DNA of 64,000 nt from Camelus dromedarius (taxonomy: Eukaryota), in assembly GCF_036321535.1 (NCBI RefSeq), contig NC_087437.1, forward strand, positions 119,538,001 through 119,602,000. The letters run 5' to 3'. The notes under the pieces are model-generated. The model searched no databases. It was not told the DNA's origin and saw only the letters and a program-made list of their open reading frames with translations. Positions within the stretch are counted from its first letter, which is position 1; each line of letters opens with the position of its first letter. Shown in pieces: positions 1-12,929 of the stretch. The position numbers and the translations under genes were made by a program.

Positions 1-3000
1 TCTCTCCCGTAGCTTTCACGTTTTGTGCTGAACTGTCCTTAAGGTTTGTGGTTCCTCCATTTTTCTCACCCCTTGCTTCCCCTTTGGGAACATTGGCCAG
101 GACTTTAAACAGAGCGGAGAGCCCAGATGCAGGCGGCCCACGTGTGGCCCCTGCGGTCTCTCCCCACTTCACAACGCTAGGTGGCCTCAGGGCCGGCGCC
201 GGGGGTTGGATGTGGCCTTAGCGCTCGCCCATCCACCGAGCGGCCTTTCCAAAGGCAGCGTCCACCTGGTCTTCCCTCCCTCCTCGGGGACACAGAGCAG
301 AGTGCAGGGCTGAGCAGAGTCCCAGGATGGGTGGCCCCTGCAGTCCTGCTAAGTGACAGGGAGAGGGGGATGTGGCCCGGAGGTGGGGCAGGCTCCTGAG
401 ACTCCCTTCTCTCCTCCGCACCCGCCGTCCTACAGACCCCGCCTGCCTTCGTGCAGCTTCCGCCAAGGTCACGGTCCTTCTGGTCACTGCACCTGAGCCT
501 CCCACCCCAGGGAAAGTCCTTGGACACAATCATCCTCTGCGAAAACGGGTGTTTCTGATGTCCACCTGGGGCTCCCCGGGCCCAGAAGCATGAAGAAGCG
601 GAGAGCCCCATGCCCCCATCGCACAGTCTAATTGCCACACTTGCAAGCTCCGTAGGCACCTCCCGGGGAGGAAGACAGCCGAGCGTGATGCCCTCACGCC
701 TGCCGTCTTCTGCAGGTGCCGCTCAGGTTTTGGGGGAGCTACTGGTATCCTTCCCCTCTCCTCCCCTTCTTGGAGGAAACAAAGGTTTAGCATTAGCTTA
801 ATCTTTTGTGTTATCTCTGGTCAACTTGGAGTCATTCATCAAACAGACATTTTGTGGGTGGCTCGAGGAGGCCCGGAGGAAGCCAGGTTCATACAAATGA
901 CTCCCATGAGCAGAGCTCAGGCTTAGAGCCCCTGACACCTCCCTGTTCTCAAAATAGGCCCCTGATGTCAAAAAGGATTAACTGTCCACCACTGGCTACC
1001 ATGCGCTGGCCAGGTAAGGGGTCACGCTGCTGGAGGCAGAGTTTTGGGGCTTTTCCATGATATAATGACCCTTGTAAAGCTGGAGAGAAAGGAGCAGAAG
1101 CACGAAAGTGCCCTTGTTTTGTCCCAAACCACGTGGAGCTGGATCTAGGGCTGGGTCTGGGCCCTGCTTTGGGCAAAGGAGCGGCTGCATGTACCCAGCT
1201 GGTACCCAGGTGGAGGGCCGGCCTGTGCAGTCTGCCCCCCATTCCCGGCGAGACACCCCAAGTGAAGGACGTGGCCACAGACATGTACGAGCTTCTCCCT
1301 GAGGTTCGTGGTTTTATCCAGATCTTGGGAACAGCCTGAGCCCAGGCCACAGAGTTAAAACAGCAAAGCCCGGAACAGTCTCATTCAGCTGAAGTTTCTT
1401 CTCAGTGGCGTGGCATCATCTTCTGCTTGGTGTGTCTGAATAGACATAAGGGAGAACCCTGCTGCTCCCCCATGAGTGTCTTTGGCCTGTATTTTGCACG
1501 TGAACTTGAACGTTCCCCTGATGCTGTATACAGTTCAATGGTGTTTCTTTTCACTGATGTCTGAGATCTGATTTGGGGGGACGTGTTAGCCACCTGCTGG
1601 TACCGCTGCATGATGGGAGTCATCCCGTACCTGCAGCAGGGGCCAAGGTGAGCTGGGGCAGAGATGCTGGGTCCTGGCTGGCGGGTGTGGAGCCATGAGG
1701 CGTGACCCTCCCTGCTGCCTGCTTGTGGGCCGGTTCTCAAGGCCCCCAAGGCACCTCCTTCGAGGAGAGTTCAGAAAGGCCTTGCTGCCAGCACTGGGCG
1801 TGGACCATTATTCCATTTCACCTGCCATGCTGGCCCGCCACCAGCCCCTTCTTCCCATCACAGCCCGGGACCAGTGCTGTGGAGCTTTCGAGAAAACAGT
1901 GTTTTCCACACGGGGCTTTGCTGGAGCAGAGGAGGCACGGGCTCATCCATTTCTAGGGGAGAAGTCATCACAACTACATCCCTTCTCTGGGGGCCCTGCA
2001 TGTGGCCTCTCCTGGTGGGTGAGATGGATCAGACCTCGAAGGGAGAGGCTGGAAGTCGCCGGTACCTGGGTCAAGGTCGAGGACCCTATGTCCATCGGTT
2101 TCTGGACATCCCAGGATGCAACCCAGCCTGAAAGATTCCACGGTTGGTTTCTTTGGAAGTATTTCAGTGGCCATGGTGCATATTTTGTTTTTATGTCTTC
2201 ACATTTTTTCACAATTCTGTCATCATCTACCTTGGTGGGGGGGGGGTGCGTCTCTTTTCCATGAACTTCAGAACACAGGCTGCCCAAGCTTCACCAGAAA
2301 TGTCTCATTTGAAGTCCCCGGCCAGTTAAACATGGTCGCAAAAGGTCTTACCATCCAAATGGCTAACAAAGCGGACCGCGCAGCCCACATGAGAGGGTTT
2401 CCATTTCTGTAGTCACATGCTCCCTGGGGAAGTGGGTGACCAGGGGTAAGTTTCTCCATAGAATGTGTACGTTTAAAAAAATCAGCGTATGTAGCTGACC
2501 CCTTGCACAGGTTTGTTTGTCACGTGCAGACACAGCAGCATACCTGCTCACAGCTGAACCTGCTGAGAATTGCTGCCTTTTATTTGATGCGTAGCTCTTT
2601 GATGTTTTTCCCTTGTTATTCCTTCCAAAGCAAGAGTCAATGCAAATAACATTTTTAATCAGCCTGTAAAGATGTGCATATATCTGTATATTGAATATGT
2701 AATCCCTTTTTTTTATGATGCTGTGTGGATAGCCTTACATGGATTTAGCCACGTGGCGCTAGGAAATACTGCGCTCACACGCTGGGGGAGGAGTGTGCTG
2801 TTGTAGGTAAGCATGGCGTCTACACACACACATGTTCACGTGTATTTTAAATTAGCAGCGGCTCCTTTGGGCACTTGTCCCCTTTCCCTGCGTTGGACAC
2901 AGACCCAGGCAGACCCGAGGACGTGAGCCCCCAACTCTCCCCTGCAGACGCAGCCCTGCTTTGTACATTTCTGTAGGTTACCGCCTTAGAAGACTTGTAC

Positions 3001-3100
3001 GTGTATATTTTGCAGACTCGAACTTTGTTTTCTGAAATTAGATGCCATTTATGAAAATGTGACATGAATCCAAATAAAGCATCATTATTTTCAGATTTCT
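1..3100 (+). other. Possible distal 3' UTR/terminal region of the upstream + strand gene (ABCG1 by synteny)
   Basis: No repeat recognised by eye; AU-rich towards 2400-3100; TGTA motifs upstream of AATAAA 3073-3078, then a T/pyrimidine-rich tract. ABCG1 precedes TFF3 in the conserved mammalian gene order, but no ABCG1 coding exon is in the window. Confidence 0.4.
3073..3078 (+). terminator. Candidate polyadenylation signal AATAAA
   Basis: caAATAAAgc followed by a T-rich downstream element. Confidence 0.45.
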
Positions 3101-3699
3101 ATCTCCTTTTCCTTTCTGTTTTCAACAACACCAGCTCTCAGACCTGCCCGGAGTGTTGGGTCTGGGGTCTGGCAGAGCCTGTGGGGTGCTTTCCCTTCTT
3201 GTGCTGCCCTTGTTCTGAATGGAGTGATTCCTCCAGTAGGAGTTACAGTGGATTTGGATGAAGTAAGGAAGAGACATCGGAGTGAGGTGGTGACATGCCA
3301 GCCCCACCTGCACAGTGATGTGGTGGCCCAGGCTCAGGTGCTCTCATTCCCCTTCTCATTTAACTGCCATCCTGGGGGCCGTGGAGCCACCACCAGCCCC
3401 ATGTCACAGGCCAGGGAACTGTGAGGCTCAGGGAGATTGGACTAGTGGCCCAAGGCAGGTGGTGGGGACAGAATTCATACTGCAACAGTCTAGCTGCCTC
3501 TGGTTCTCTTTGGCAGGATACAGAGCAGATATCCAGCCATTGCTACATACTGGCCTGAGGGCCTCGGAGCCTCCTGCCCCGCCCTTCAAGCATCTCCCTC
3601 TTCCCTCACCCCCACCCCAAACCCCAGAGGCTGGGAACTGAGAAGGAGCCCCTCCATTCGGCGAGCTCGGAGCTGCTGGGGTCAGGGATTGTCTGCAGG

Positions 3700-3900
3700 C
3701 CTTGAAACCAGATTTCCCTCTACTGCTGTGTGACTTTGGGCTCCTAGTCTAACCTCTCTGTGCCTCCGTCTGCTTGCTCACTTGTAAAAGTGGAGGTAAT
3801 AACTGTACCTCCCAGGGTTGCTGTGGGGAGTCAATGAAGTAGAATGTCTAAACCCCACAGTGCTGCAGCAATGGGCACTGTGCAGGGGGAGCCGCTCATT
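3700..3900 (+). mobile_element. MIR SINE fragment
   Basis: tgtgactttggg...aacctctctgtgcctc...tgtaaaagtggaggtaataactgtacctcccagggttgctgtg resembles the MIR core. Confidence 0.7.
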
Positions 3901-6485
3901 GAGTAATTTTGTGGGGAGACAGGGCACCAGGTGCTTCCCTGAGACCCCCACTTCTCTTGCACCCCCACCCACCGGGCTAGAGGACATCTCTGGAGGTGGG
4001 AAGTGGTGGTCAGTGGGCCTTCCTGGAGTTAGACTTAACCACAAGGAAAAGGAGGTTAGAAAAAACTCAAAATTTTCTGCAAAGAGGGAGTGCTCCCTTC
4101 ATCGGTGGAAATTGGGGGTCAGTTTTGCTCCGGGCTGCGTGCTGTCCAAAGGCGAGGGTGGCCGGGTGATGGGGAATCTTGATAAATCCCATCTGGAAGG
4201 TGGGTGGCGGGAAGCCAGGCTGCCGCTGAGACTGCAGGAAGCCGCAGTCACTCAAGCCAGCCAGCAGAGGGGGCTGTGGTCACCGCGGGTTGGACCAGGC
4301 CCCAAGGGACTGGGAAGTGGGCTTGGGTGGGTCCCACTCCATCCGGGCCAGAGCGGTCTGGCCCCATGCTGGTGCCCTGTGAAAGCACTTATGAGCCCAC
4401 GATGGGGCTACGGTGAGGCACGAGACTGAAGGGGGTGCCCTAAGCTCAGTAATGTTGTCTTACTGTTTTTTAAGTGGTCTGGCAGGGTCCCCACATGTCT
4501 GTGATCTTGGCTCAGCGGACAAGTGAACCACCAGTTTTGTCTCTGTCACTTCTAACGCAGGCCAGAGAGTGACAGCGTCTGCATCTCGGGCTTGGAGACC
4601 TTGACCTCCTGATGTCGCAGCCCCTCACAACCTCCTCGCTGCCGTTGTCAGGTGTCTGCCCTGCACAGGTGGCGGCGCCCGGCTTCTCGGTCCTGCTGGG
4701 CCCCACCCCAGAGACCCTGATTGAGTCTCCAGAGCCCGAGAGTCTTGACGACGCCTCGGGTGACTCTAACACCCCCGTGCTTTGCTTGGCCCACGTGTGA
4801 AGCACTGGCTTTGGGGAGGGGGTAGTGTTCACGTTGACCGGGACCCCAGGGCACACAGGGCCTGATTGCGTGGTGGTCCCCTCTGCCCTGCTCGGGAACA
4901 ACAGAGGGACATCTGGTGAGAGACATCGGGTCCCAGGACGGGACGACTAAGTCCCCACTCCCCGCCGCCCTGCCTGTGGGCATTTCTCCTGGGGGGAGGG
5001 GGCGGGTGCTGCAGGAAGAAGACGGCTCCTGTGCGGGAAATGAAGGTCACTGCAGAGTCTGAGTCTGGCCTGGGGTCTTCCCACGTCCCCAGGGAAGCAC
5101 GCAGTCAAGATGGGCCCCTGAACAGCCCTCTGGGGGCTGGGGTGGGGAGCGAGGACCGCCCCCCCGGTGGAGTCGGTGGCCTTGATGGAGAAGCAGTGGC
5201 TCAGATCTGACCATCAAGTGACAGGTGCGTGGTGGCAGCCGCGTCTGTGAGGGGAGCCGGTGCTCACCTGGACCCCGGCTCCATCAGAAGGGCAGGGGCG
5301 GGAGCCTGGATCTTGGTGTCTCTGTGGTGGGGGTTGTCCCCTGTCGCTGGTCCAGGCCTTGGCTCCGTCTTCACCCCCCAGACCTGGCGGAGAGTGCCCA
5401 GTCCTCCCCAGGGCAGGGGATGAGCTGAGACCTGCAGGGGATTTGGGGCTGGGGAGTGCCATGGGGAGTCAGTCTGTGGACAACCTGGGAGATATGGACT
5501 CAGGACCGTCAGGGAGGAAGGACAGGATGGAGTCTCTCTCACATGGTGGAGGGCATGAGAGCACTTGGGGATGGGCAGGAAGGGGGACTCGCATGGGGGG
5601 ACCGCAGTGTAACAGTCGTCCCCTGGCGGGCTCCAGATTCATACATCCCAGCGTGGCGCCCTGGGCGGGGGCTGTGGGATGCATTCCTTATCCTATGTGC
5701 AAGCTCAAACACAGAGCCTTTCATTTCAAAAAGGAGGCTTTTCCAGTGGGAAGGAGGACTCAGACCCAGAAACCCCACCTCCAGGGGCCGCACCGCTTTC
5801 TGCCACTCCATGCAGCGCAAACAAGTCATGGGGTTGAATCTGTAGGATCCTCTGCACGGCCTTGAGGGAGGGAGAGCAGGATCCGCAGCCTGGGCGGGTG
5901 TGAGCGACCAGAGCTTTCCACCAGGGAAGCCCTCCGTGCAGAGCTACATGTCCCCGAGAGCAGGGGGGACAAGTCTCCATCTAGGGGCTGCTAAGCCTTC
6001 CTGGGGACTCGTGGGGACAGTTTATTTCGTTTATTTGCAGAGTTGCATCCATTTTCACAGGGGAAATGCAAAAGAAGGCCATGCAAGGGTCACAGATGTT
6101 AAACTTGACTTGCAAAAAAAATACAAAAAAGTGCCAGTTTGTAAGATGGTTTTATTGGCTTTCTCTTCGCCAAGAAAGACATTAATCATCTTTTTGGCGA
6201 GGGGGAGCTTACATCTGAAATGTTTCTCAACAGACACAGGGAAGTGACATTTAGAAGGTCGCTCGCCCTCCAGGCCGTCAGCACTAGGTCTGAGGTTGGC
6301 AGCTGCTTTGGGGTCTCTGCCTGCTCCCCAGGCCTGGGGCAGACCCTCCTCTCAGAGATGCCAAGACACCTTCCACTGCCCCATCTGTGAAATGCTGAGA
6401 AGGGAGTGAGAGTGAGTTGGCAGAAATAACACAATAGCATAAAGCCTCAGGAATGAAGCACGGTCCTCGTGCTGAGTACAGAATC

Positions 6486-6491
6486 TTTATT
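6486..6491 (-). terminator. TFF3: TFF3 polyadenylation signal AATAAA
   Basis: tttatt on +, ~120 nt downstream of the TFF3 stop. Confidence 0.85.
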
Positions 6492-6613
6492 CTTTAAGAC
6501 ATCAGGTCTCAGCTCTCAGCGAGAGCGCTTGCCGGGAGCAGGCGGTGGAAAGGCAGAGGTGAGCAGCCCCGGGCAGAGTTCCGGGCAGGCTGTCCCGGGC
6601 CGCGGGCATCACT

Positions 6614-6627
6614 TCAGAAGGTGCATT
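6614..6627 (-). CDS. TFF3: Trefoil factor 3, coding exon 3: (E)CTF-stop
   Basis: tttccag|AA TGC ACC TTC TGA; phase matches exon 2; ECTF is the conserved TFF3 C-terminus. Confidence 0.96.
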
Positions 6628-7720
6628 CTGGAAACAAAGCACACACATGCGTTACCCTGGGCACTGTCATCTCTGCCCACCAGCTGCCCAGCTTCTCCAG
6701 GTCCACACAGGCTCCAAGGTCAGCGCCCCGTGCTGCCTTCTCCGCCAAGTCCCTGGGGAAGTGCTGAGGCCCCCACCTGGTGGGGGAAGAGCCATACGCC
6801 CCACAGGGACCCGGGTGGTCAGGGTAGGTGAGACGTGAGGTGGGCCTGGGCAGGGCCACTGCCAGTGCTCAAAGAAGTGTCCCCCCAAGGCTGAGGGGCT
6901 GGCAGAATGGGGACAGCCAGCACAGGGGCGGTAAGTGCCTTTCCCTCCTGGCCCCCAAGCCCTCTCTGGACCTCTGCCAGGGTTTGCTGGGGAGAGGAGG
7001 AGGCCCTGGGCAGTGGGCGGGGGCCCCAGCACTGATCAGGGAGCCGGGATCGGCTGGCATGCAGCCGCCTCTGTAATTAGCCGGGGACAAAGGGGCAGGA
7101 GTGGCCCCACACCGGGGGGCCACTTCCAGGAAGGGGCTTCCCTAGCTCTGTGCGCCTTAGGTGGTGAATGGGCACTCAGGCTGCCAGATGGCTGCGGCAG
7201 ACCTCCATGCCCCACATGTGGGGGTCGGGGTTGTGGGGCAGAAGGGCAGCAGGATGGAGTCAGGACAGCCGACCAGCGCGTGCATAGCCATCAGCCCCGA
7301 CACGGGGCTCCTGGGTCGGCTGTCCTGCACCAGTGAGGGAGGGGGTGCACCTTGAGGTGGGGGCAGAGTGGAAGGAGATGGCAGGGGTGTAGGGGGTGGG
7401 CACCAGGGCTCCACGTCCAGACCCAGAGCACGTCACAAATGATGGAGACTTCGTGGGGGCGTCGTTTGCCGAAAGTGGCTGGGAAGTCGGCCAGCTCTCC
7501 AAACGTGCGTCTTGTCCGTTTCGCCCCAGGGGCGTTTTTACACTAATTCCCTCTACACAGTGCGTTGACTTTGAACGCCTTTCTGAAATGGCCGCTTTTA
7601 TAGTCTGCACAACCCCCTCAGCCCACGGACTGCCCTGGTGCCCGGGGTCCCACCCAGGGCCCAGATGCGTGGGACTCCCCAGGGGCCTGCCGAGGGCCCG
7701 GCACCCTGGGGCCAGCTCAC

Positions 7721-7867
7721 CTGCTTCCTGCAGGGGCTTGAAGCACCAGGGCACCCCGTGGATGCTGTTGTCAAAGCAGCAGCCCCGGTTGTTGCACTGC
7801 TCCGGGGTGACCTTGGGGAAGGCGCAGTCCACCCTCTCCTTGGGCGGGACCTTGCACTGGTTCTCCG
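7721..7867 (-). CDS. TFF3: Trefoil factor 3, coding exon 2 (trefoil domain, 147 nt)
   Basis: (S)ENQCKVPPKERVDCAFPKVTPEQCNNRGCCFDNSIHGVPWCFKPLQEA; six trefoil Cys; cag acceptor, gtgagc donor. Confidence 0.98.
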
Positions 7868-8559
7868 CTGCACCGAACAAAGCCCGGTTAGAGTCCTGGC
7901 AGCTTGCGGTGGGTCTGTTGGCTGCATTCTGAAAGTCTGAACCTTCCCTCCAGCTCCGAGCTCAAAGGATGAGATCCCACCTGGTCCCTGACATCTGCTT
8001 GCCAAGGACCCTCTTTCTGAATAAATATTTAAGGAGAAACGTTCTATACAGAGGTGCGCGGGCGCCTGCCGGGGGCTCTCACTCGGCATGCTCCCAGCCC
8101 CTCGCCAGCAAGCCGGCATGGGCCTGGGTTCCCTGCAGCTGGCAGCTACCCAGGGGAATCCAGGGCCCCTCGAACTCAGAAACAAAGTTCCCCTTCGCTG
8201 TTTTATCAACAAAAACTCTCCCCTTTTAACAAAATGAGCAGCGGACCAGGAGATGCGCCTTCTGTACAGGAAACCACGATGCACACTACTTTCTATTTCT
8301 TCTCTGCATCTCCGTCTCCCTGAACTGTTAGGCTGGTCACATCTGCCCTGCACCTCCTTCGGTCTCTTTTTCAAACAAGTCTGTATGTCTAAAGTTCAGC
8401 CAAAGGCTGCTGCGCCTGTCCCCTAACTGGGTTTTCCTTAGGAAGGCAGGAATCACGCGAGATCTCGAGTCCTCTCCCGCCGCTGACGCCTCACAGTCCT
8501 CACTCCGCCGTCTCCCAGACTCGGCTCGCGCGGGGGTCGGCGGGGGTCTTGAGAACCCA

Positions 8560-8670
8560 TTGCCACCTGCTCCCACCCAGAGGTCTTCTGATGTAACCGG
8601 CGCATCCTGGTCTTTAAGAGTTTTAGAAAGCTTCCAGGTGATTCTGGCAGGTGTCAATTTGGTGCCCACT
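8560..8670. mobile_element. MER5-like DNA transposon remnant in TFF3 intron 1
   Basis: cccacccagagg...tctgatgtaa...aagcttccaggtgattctg resembles MER5A. Confidence 0.45.
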
Positions 8671-8929
8671 GCCTGTGAGACGGCGCAGTGGATAACGTGA
8701 TAAAAGCCACACCCTAATTTCTTCAGACCCCGGTAAATGGAACGGCTACCCCCCCCCCCACCTGGAGTTGCAAAGCAATGGCTAAATGAAAAGTGTGTCT
8801 GTAGGGACTGAAAATGCCCTGGAAGTAACTGTTTCCAGTTTTCTTTCCCTTTTGCTTTGTGGCTGTGCCAGGAGAACGCAGAAAGTCCTGTACTGGAACT
8901 CAGAGAGCTCCAGCAAGGGAGGCAGCGGG

Positions 8930-9125
8930 GTAGTAGGCTTGGGCGCTGGCTGCCAGCCGGGCAGACCTGGGTTCAAATCCTCAGTTTGACACTGACCAGG
9001 AGGGTCAGTTATTGACTTTCTGAGCCTCAGTTTGCTTGTCTGTAAAATGGGGACAGCAAGACCCAGTCTGTAGGGCTATTGAAGAAAACGTGTATTGTGT
9101 GTCTGATAAATGGTAGCTATTAAAT
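8930..9125 (+). mobile_element. MIR SINE in TFF3 intron 1
   Basis: agacctgggttcaaatcc...ctgagcctcagtttgcttgtctgtaaaatgggga. Confidence 0.75.
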
Positions 9126-9293
9126 TAACGTAGGGGTTTGGTCACGTTCCTCAAGCCCGCAGAAAGCGCCCCCCCCCCCGCCCCCACCCCAGCCCAGATC
9201 TTCCGCATCCCGACCCCTGTCTTGTGCTCCCACCCGGCCACTCGGTCCCTCCTTCCTGCTATCAAGTGGGGAGGAGGTCAGAGTGGTACTCAC

Positions 9294-9375
9294 ACAGGCC
9301 CACGTACTCCTCGGCCAGGCCGGAAGACCCCAAAGCCAGGACCGCCAGCAGCAGCCAGAACGCTCTGGCCTCCAT
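9294..9375 (-). CDS. TFF3: Trefoil factor 3, coding exon 1 (signal peptide, 82 nt)
   Basis: MEARAFWLLLAVLALGSSGLAEEYVGL, then T|gtgagt donor; strong Kozak accATGG; spliced CDS 82+147+14=243 nt = 80 aa + stop. Confidence 0.97.
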
Positions 9376-9423
9376 GGTCACAGGCATGCTCAGAAGACGT
9401 GCTGCATCAGCACAGAGGACTCA

Positions 9424-9466
9424 TTTATACCTCTGTGTTTGCACAGGCGCTCCGGATTCTGTTTGT
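9424..9466 (-). promoter_or_regulatory. TFF3: TFF3 core promoter: TATAAA plus forkhead (FOXA)-type sites
   Basis: TATAAA 9424-9429; TGTTTGC 9436-9442; TGTTTGT 9460-9466. Confidence 0.8.
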
Positions 9467-12400
9467 TCGGGGAGCCCCTCCCTCCAGCTCAGGCCCCCAC
9501 CTGCTCTTCCCTGCACCAGATTGCGAAGCCCCGGAGGCTCGTCCAACCTAAAGGGGAGAGGGTGGTTCCTGCCCCACTGTTTTGGTAGCAGGTGAGCAGT
9601 GATAGCAGATTCCGGATGCCAGTGAACGCCTCTCTGTCTAGGAGCCAGGCTGTGTCAACGCCCATGTTAGCCTGGCCCGGAGGGAAGGGTGAGGGTCAGT
9701 GTGCAGCTGGAGGGCAGGTCCACGGGCGCTGGGCATCAGCCCCTGCAACCCACCCAGCAGGAGTCTGGGGGTGTCCAGGCCTCTTAATCCCAGACCAGCC
9801 TCGGGTTCTTGAAAAGACAGGGGACAACAATGAGTCAGGCACGTGGTGCCCGCAGATTTCATTCCTCTCTCCCAACTTTAAAACATAGAGGTTCCTTTGC
9901 GTTTTTTTTTCTTTTTTGCTTTTCTCTTGCAAAAATTATTTTTATCATCAACTACATTTTAACAAATGTATAGAATAAGTTTTCTCAATACATTTTAATA
10001 AAAATATAATACATGCAGTTGATTTTTTAAATCAGACAAGACAGAAGACCCCTCCCTTGTATCTGGAGATGTTCACTTTTGACATGCTCTTAGGTATTTT
10101 TCCAGAATGTTCTCTGTAGATTTAAGCATATTTTTATGAGAACTTACTACACACCTTTGCCCAGCTTGCTTTTCTTTTTTTAAATGAAGGCTACATCTTG
10201 GAAATTGTTTTATAACAGCATGTCTAAACGAGATGGGAATAATTATACCCATTTTCCAGAGGAACAAGCTAAGGCTCAAAATGTTAAGATTGTAACTGAG
10301 TTCACGCTCAAACTACTTGCTGCCTGACAGTCCAACAAAGTGTTGGGGCAGGGAATAGTGACTGCATTCGGAAAGCCAGCAGACCAAGAAGCTGGTGGAC
10401 TAGCCAAAAGTAATTTAGACTCAGTTCCCGGCACCCAGCCGGCCCTGGAGCTGGCTGCCTGGGGAGAGCGGGAGGGTGTGAGGTCCAGTTATCATGCGTC
10501 CTCCAAGATTCTCTCCTGGCTGGGACATTTTTATCTCTATTCAGCTCTGATCCAGGGGCTGTAGAGGGGGTTTTGTACACCTGCTGGCCACACTTAGCCC
10601 CCACTTGGGGATACAGTCTTAGAGGGGGACCCCAACCACCCAAAGATTCATCCTCAGACCTGTTCTTCACCGAGCGACTGATGGGGCCAGAACATGTGTG
10701 CACTGGGGACGGGGACTGTGTCCCACCTTGAGACTCCCTGGCCTCACCTTGCTACTTGGCCCTTGATGAATCCATGTGAGGCGACACCCAGACATCTGGT
10801 TTGCCGCCCGCTTCAGGGCTTGGAGACAGCAGTTTCTACACAGTTTTCACAGCATTTGCTCTGTTTCCAGAGGGTAAGTCAGAGACTCCTTGGAGATGGT
10901 GTCATGTTGTGGTTACAATCGTGAAGCCAAGGGACCTGGTCCCAAGTCTGGGGCTGTGTGCCCTGGGCAGTCACTAACCCACTGGTGCCCCAGCGTCCTC
11001 ACCTGTCACACAGTGCCTGGCCCACAGGTGTGCATAAGACGGTCACACCGAGGCCAGCCAGGTGTCAGGGACACACCCTGATCACCTGCCAGTTGTGGTG
11101 CAGCAGCTACAGTGGCAGAGGGTCCAGACCCACAGACCAGGGTCAGATGGAAGCAGCAGCTGTGGGGGGTGGGGCTGGATTCCTCCGGGGGGTGGGTCAC
11201 AGGCGTCCTAGAAGAAGGGGGGTGGGAATGGCCTGGGAGCCCGGAGCACTGAGTCAGTGTGGTAGAGGGAAGCTCATGTCTTCTTTGTTCTGGGAACCCT
11301 GGGCTCCCCACCAGGGCCGAGGGTGGGGGCTGGAGAGCCCACTCTGCCTCCCAGAGCACACAGTCCTGTGCCTTCCATGCTCCTCTGGGGGAGTTCAAGT
11401 TCCGGGAATGAAGTAAAAGCAGTGCCACAGCGGCAGGTCCCAGGGTCATCAGTCTTTGCCCAACCCCGACAGGTGGCTGCCCAGAGACTGAGGTGAGCAG
11501 GTGCCTGGGCTGGCCTGGGAGTTCATCCTTGCAGATCCTTCCCACCCTGGCCTTTGTGTGCAGGTACCCAGGGAAGGCGAGGGCTTCCTGGATGGGTCCA
11601 AGAAGCAGGCCGTCTGGCCTGAGTGCTGGGGCTGCAGCCTCCCACCTGTGGGATCCGTGGCCATTGGCACATATATGTAACAAGCATAAATTGAGCATGA
11701 TCATGGGCCAGGTGCTTAGCCTATAACACTGAGCCCTTAGGACACCAGGCAGAGCCCTGCCCTCAGATCCCACAGCCCTGTGAGAAAGAACAAGTCTTGG
11801 CACACGAACCGTGGTACAACGCAATAAGAGCAAGCAGACTGCTGCACAGCAGGCTTCTCATCGGGGGGATATCTGCACTGGGTCTTGAGGGATGAGTAGG
11901 AGTTCACAGATAGGTGAAGGTCAGAAGGGTGTTCTGTACTAACTCACCACCTCCAGAAAATATCATCAGTGTGACCTGCATGGGGTTGTAGACTCCGTGT
12001 CACCTCTCAGCTTTCTAATATTGTTCCTCATAGTTACCCCAGCCAGCAGAGAGCCAGACAGAGAAAGAAGGTACAAAGTCACATTAATCGACACCCCTGG
12101 GTTGGCCCCGGGGTCACACACCTCCCCAGGGAGCCTCCTGCCGACCAGCTGTCGAGTCGTTCTGCAGCTGCCCCGGGCGCAGGCCTCTCCCTCTGTGTCC
12201 CCAACAGCTTCCTCCTGCTGGAATCTACCTGAACAACAGGGCCTGAGTGTAGATGTCTTGGGGAAGCAAACATGGACTGATTCAGGGAGGCTCCTGTTTT
12301 ACGTTCTCCATGTTCACACGAGGGCAAAGGGAGAGGGTTGGAGTCCTGCAAAGGTACCGTCCACCAACTACGGAGGAGGAAGGGCACAGAGGGTCCTGAG

Positions 12401-12929
12401 TCAGGACGGAGGCCGTGGGCTCAGGACTGCACCTGTCCGACCACATTCAGGGGCATGTGACAGCCCCTGGGGGGTTCAGGGGACGGCGACGTCCAGCTCA
12501 CAGTGCACTTTGGGTGGTCTCTGCCACAGTGACCTCTACGCCCAGGACTCCTCTGGGACTGGAACCAACACATCAGCCCCAGATGCTGTTACAACAAGGA
12601 AAGTTTCCAGGAACAAGTCGCCTGATGATCAGGACACCCAAAGGAACAGAGATAAGTCAGAAATAAACAGAGCTGAGAGCCGGGAGCAGATGTGCTGGGG
12701 CACCAGACCCCTCATTGACCGCCCTGCCTTTAGGACACAGACAGCCTTTCTCAGACCTGGACGTGCTCCAGCAGGAAGCCAGGCCGGCAGCACACCGAGG
12801 CAGCCCCTGGATGTGCCCGGCATCTGCTCCTGATGAATGCCAGCCCCTGGCCCTGCGCCATGTTCTAGGAGGCCAGCCAGGGATGGCAGAAGCGGGTCCC
12901 CAAAAGCCCACGTGCAGGCAGGGAAGGAG

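Noticed and set aside
4257..4277. CTCF-like CAGCCAGCAGAGGGGGCTG downstream of TFF3
   Set aside because: Mismatch in the GGC core; too weak to call without a PWM.
7260..7880. Single-exon readings of the trefoil-containing ORFs (also 28411-28800, 29625-30035, 42231-42518, 45884-46237)
   Set aside because: These ORFs run into introns or promoter; canonical splice sites give the proper multi-exon TFF proteins.
11006..12833. Long ORFs of 275 aa (-) and 278 aa (+)
   Set aside because: No recognisable domain; P/G/S/R-rich composition expected for chance ORFs in GC-rich intergenic DNA.
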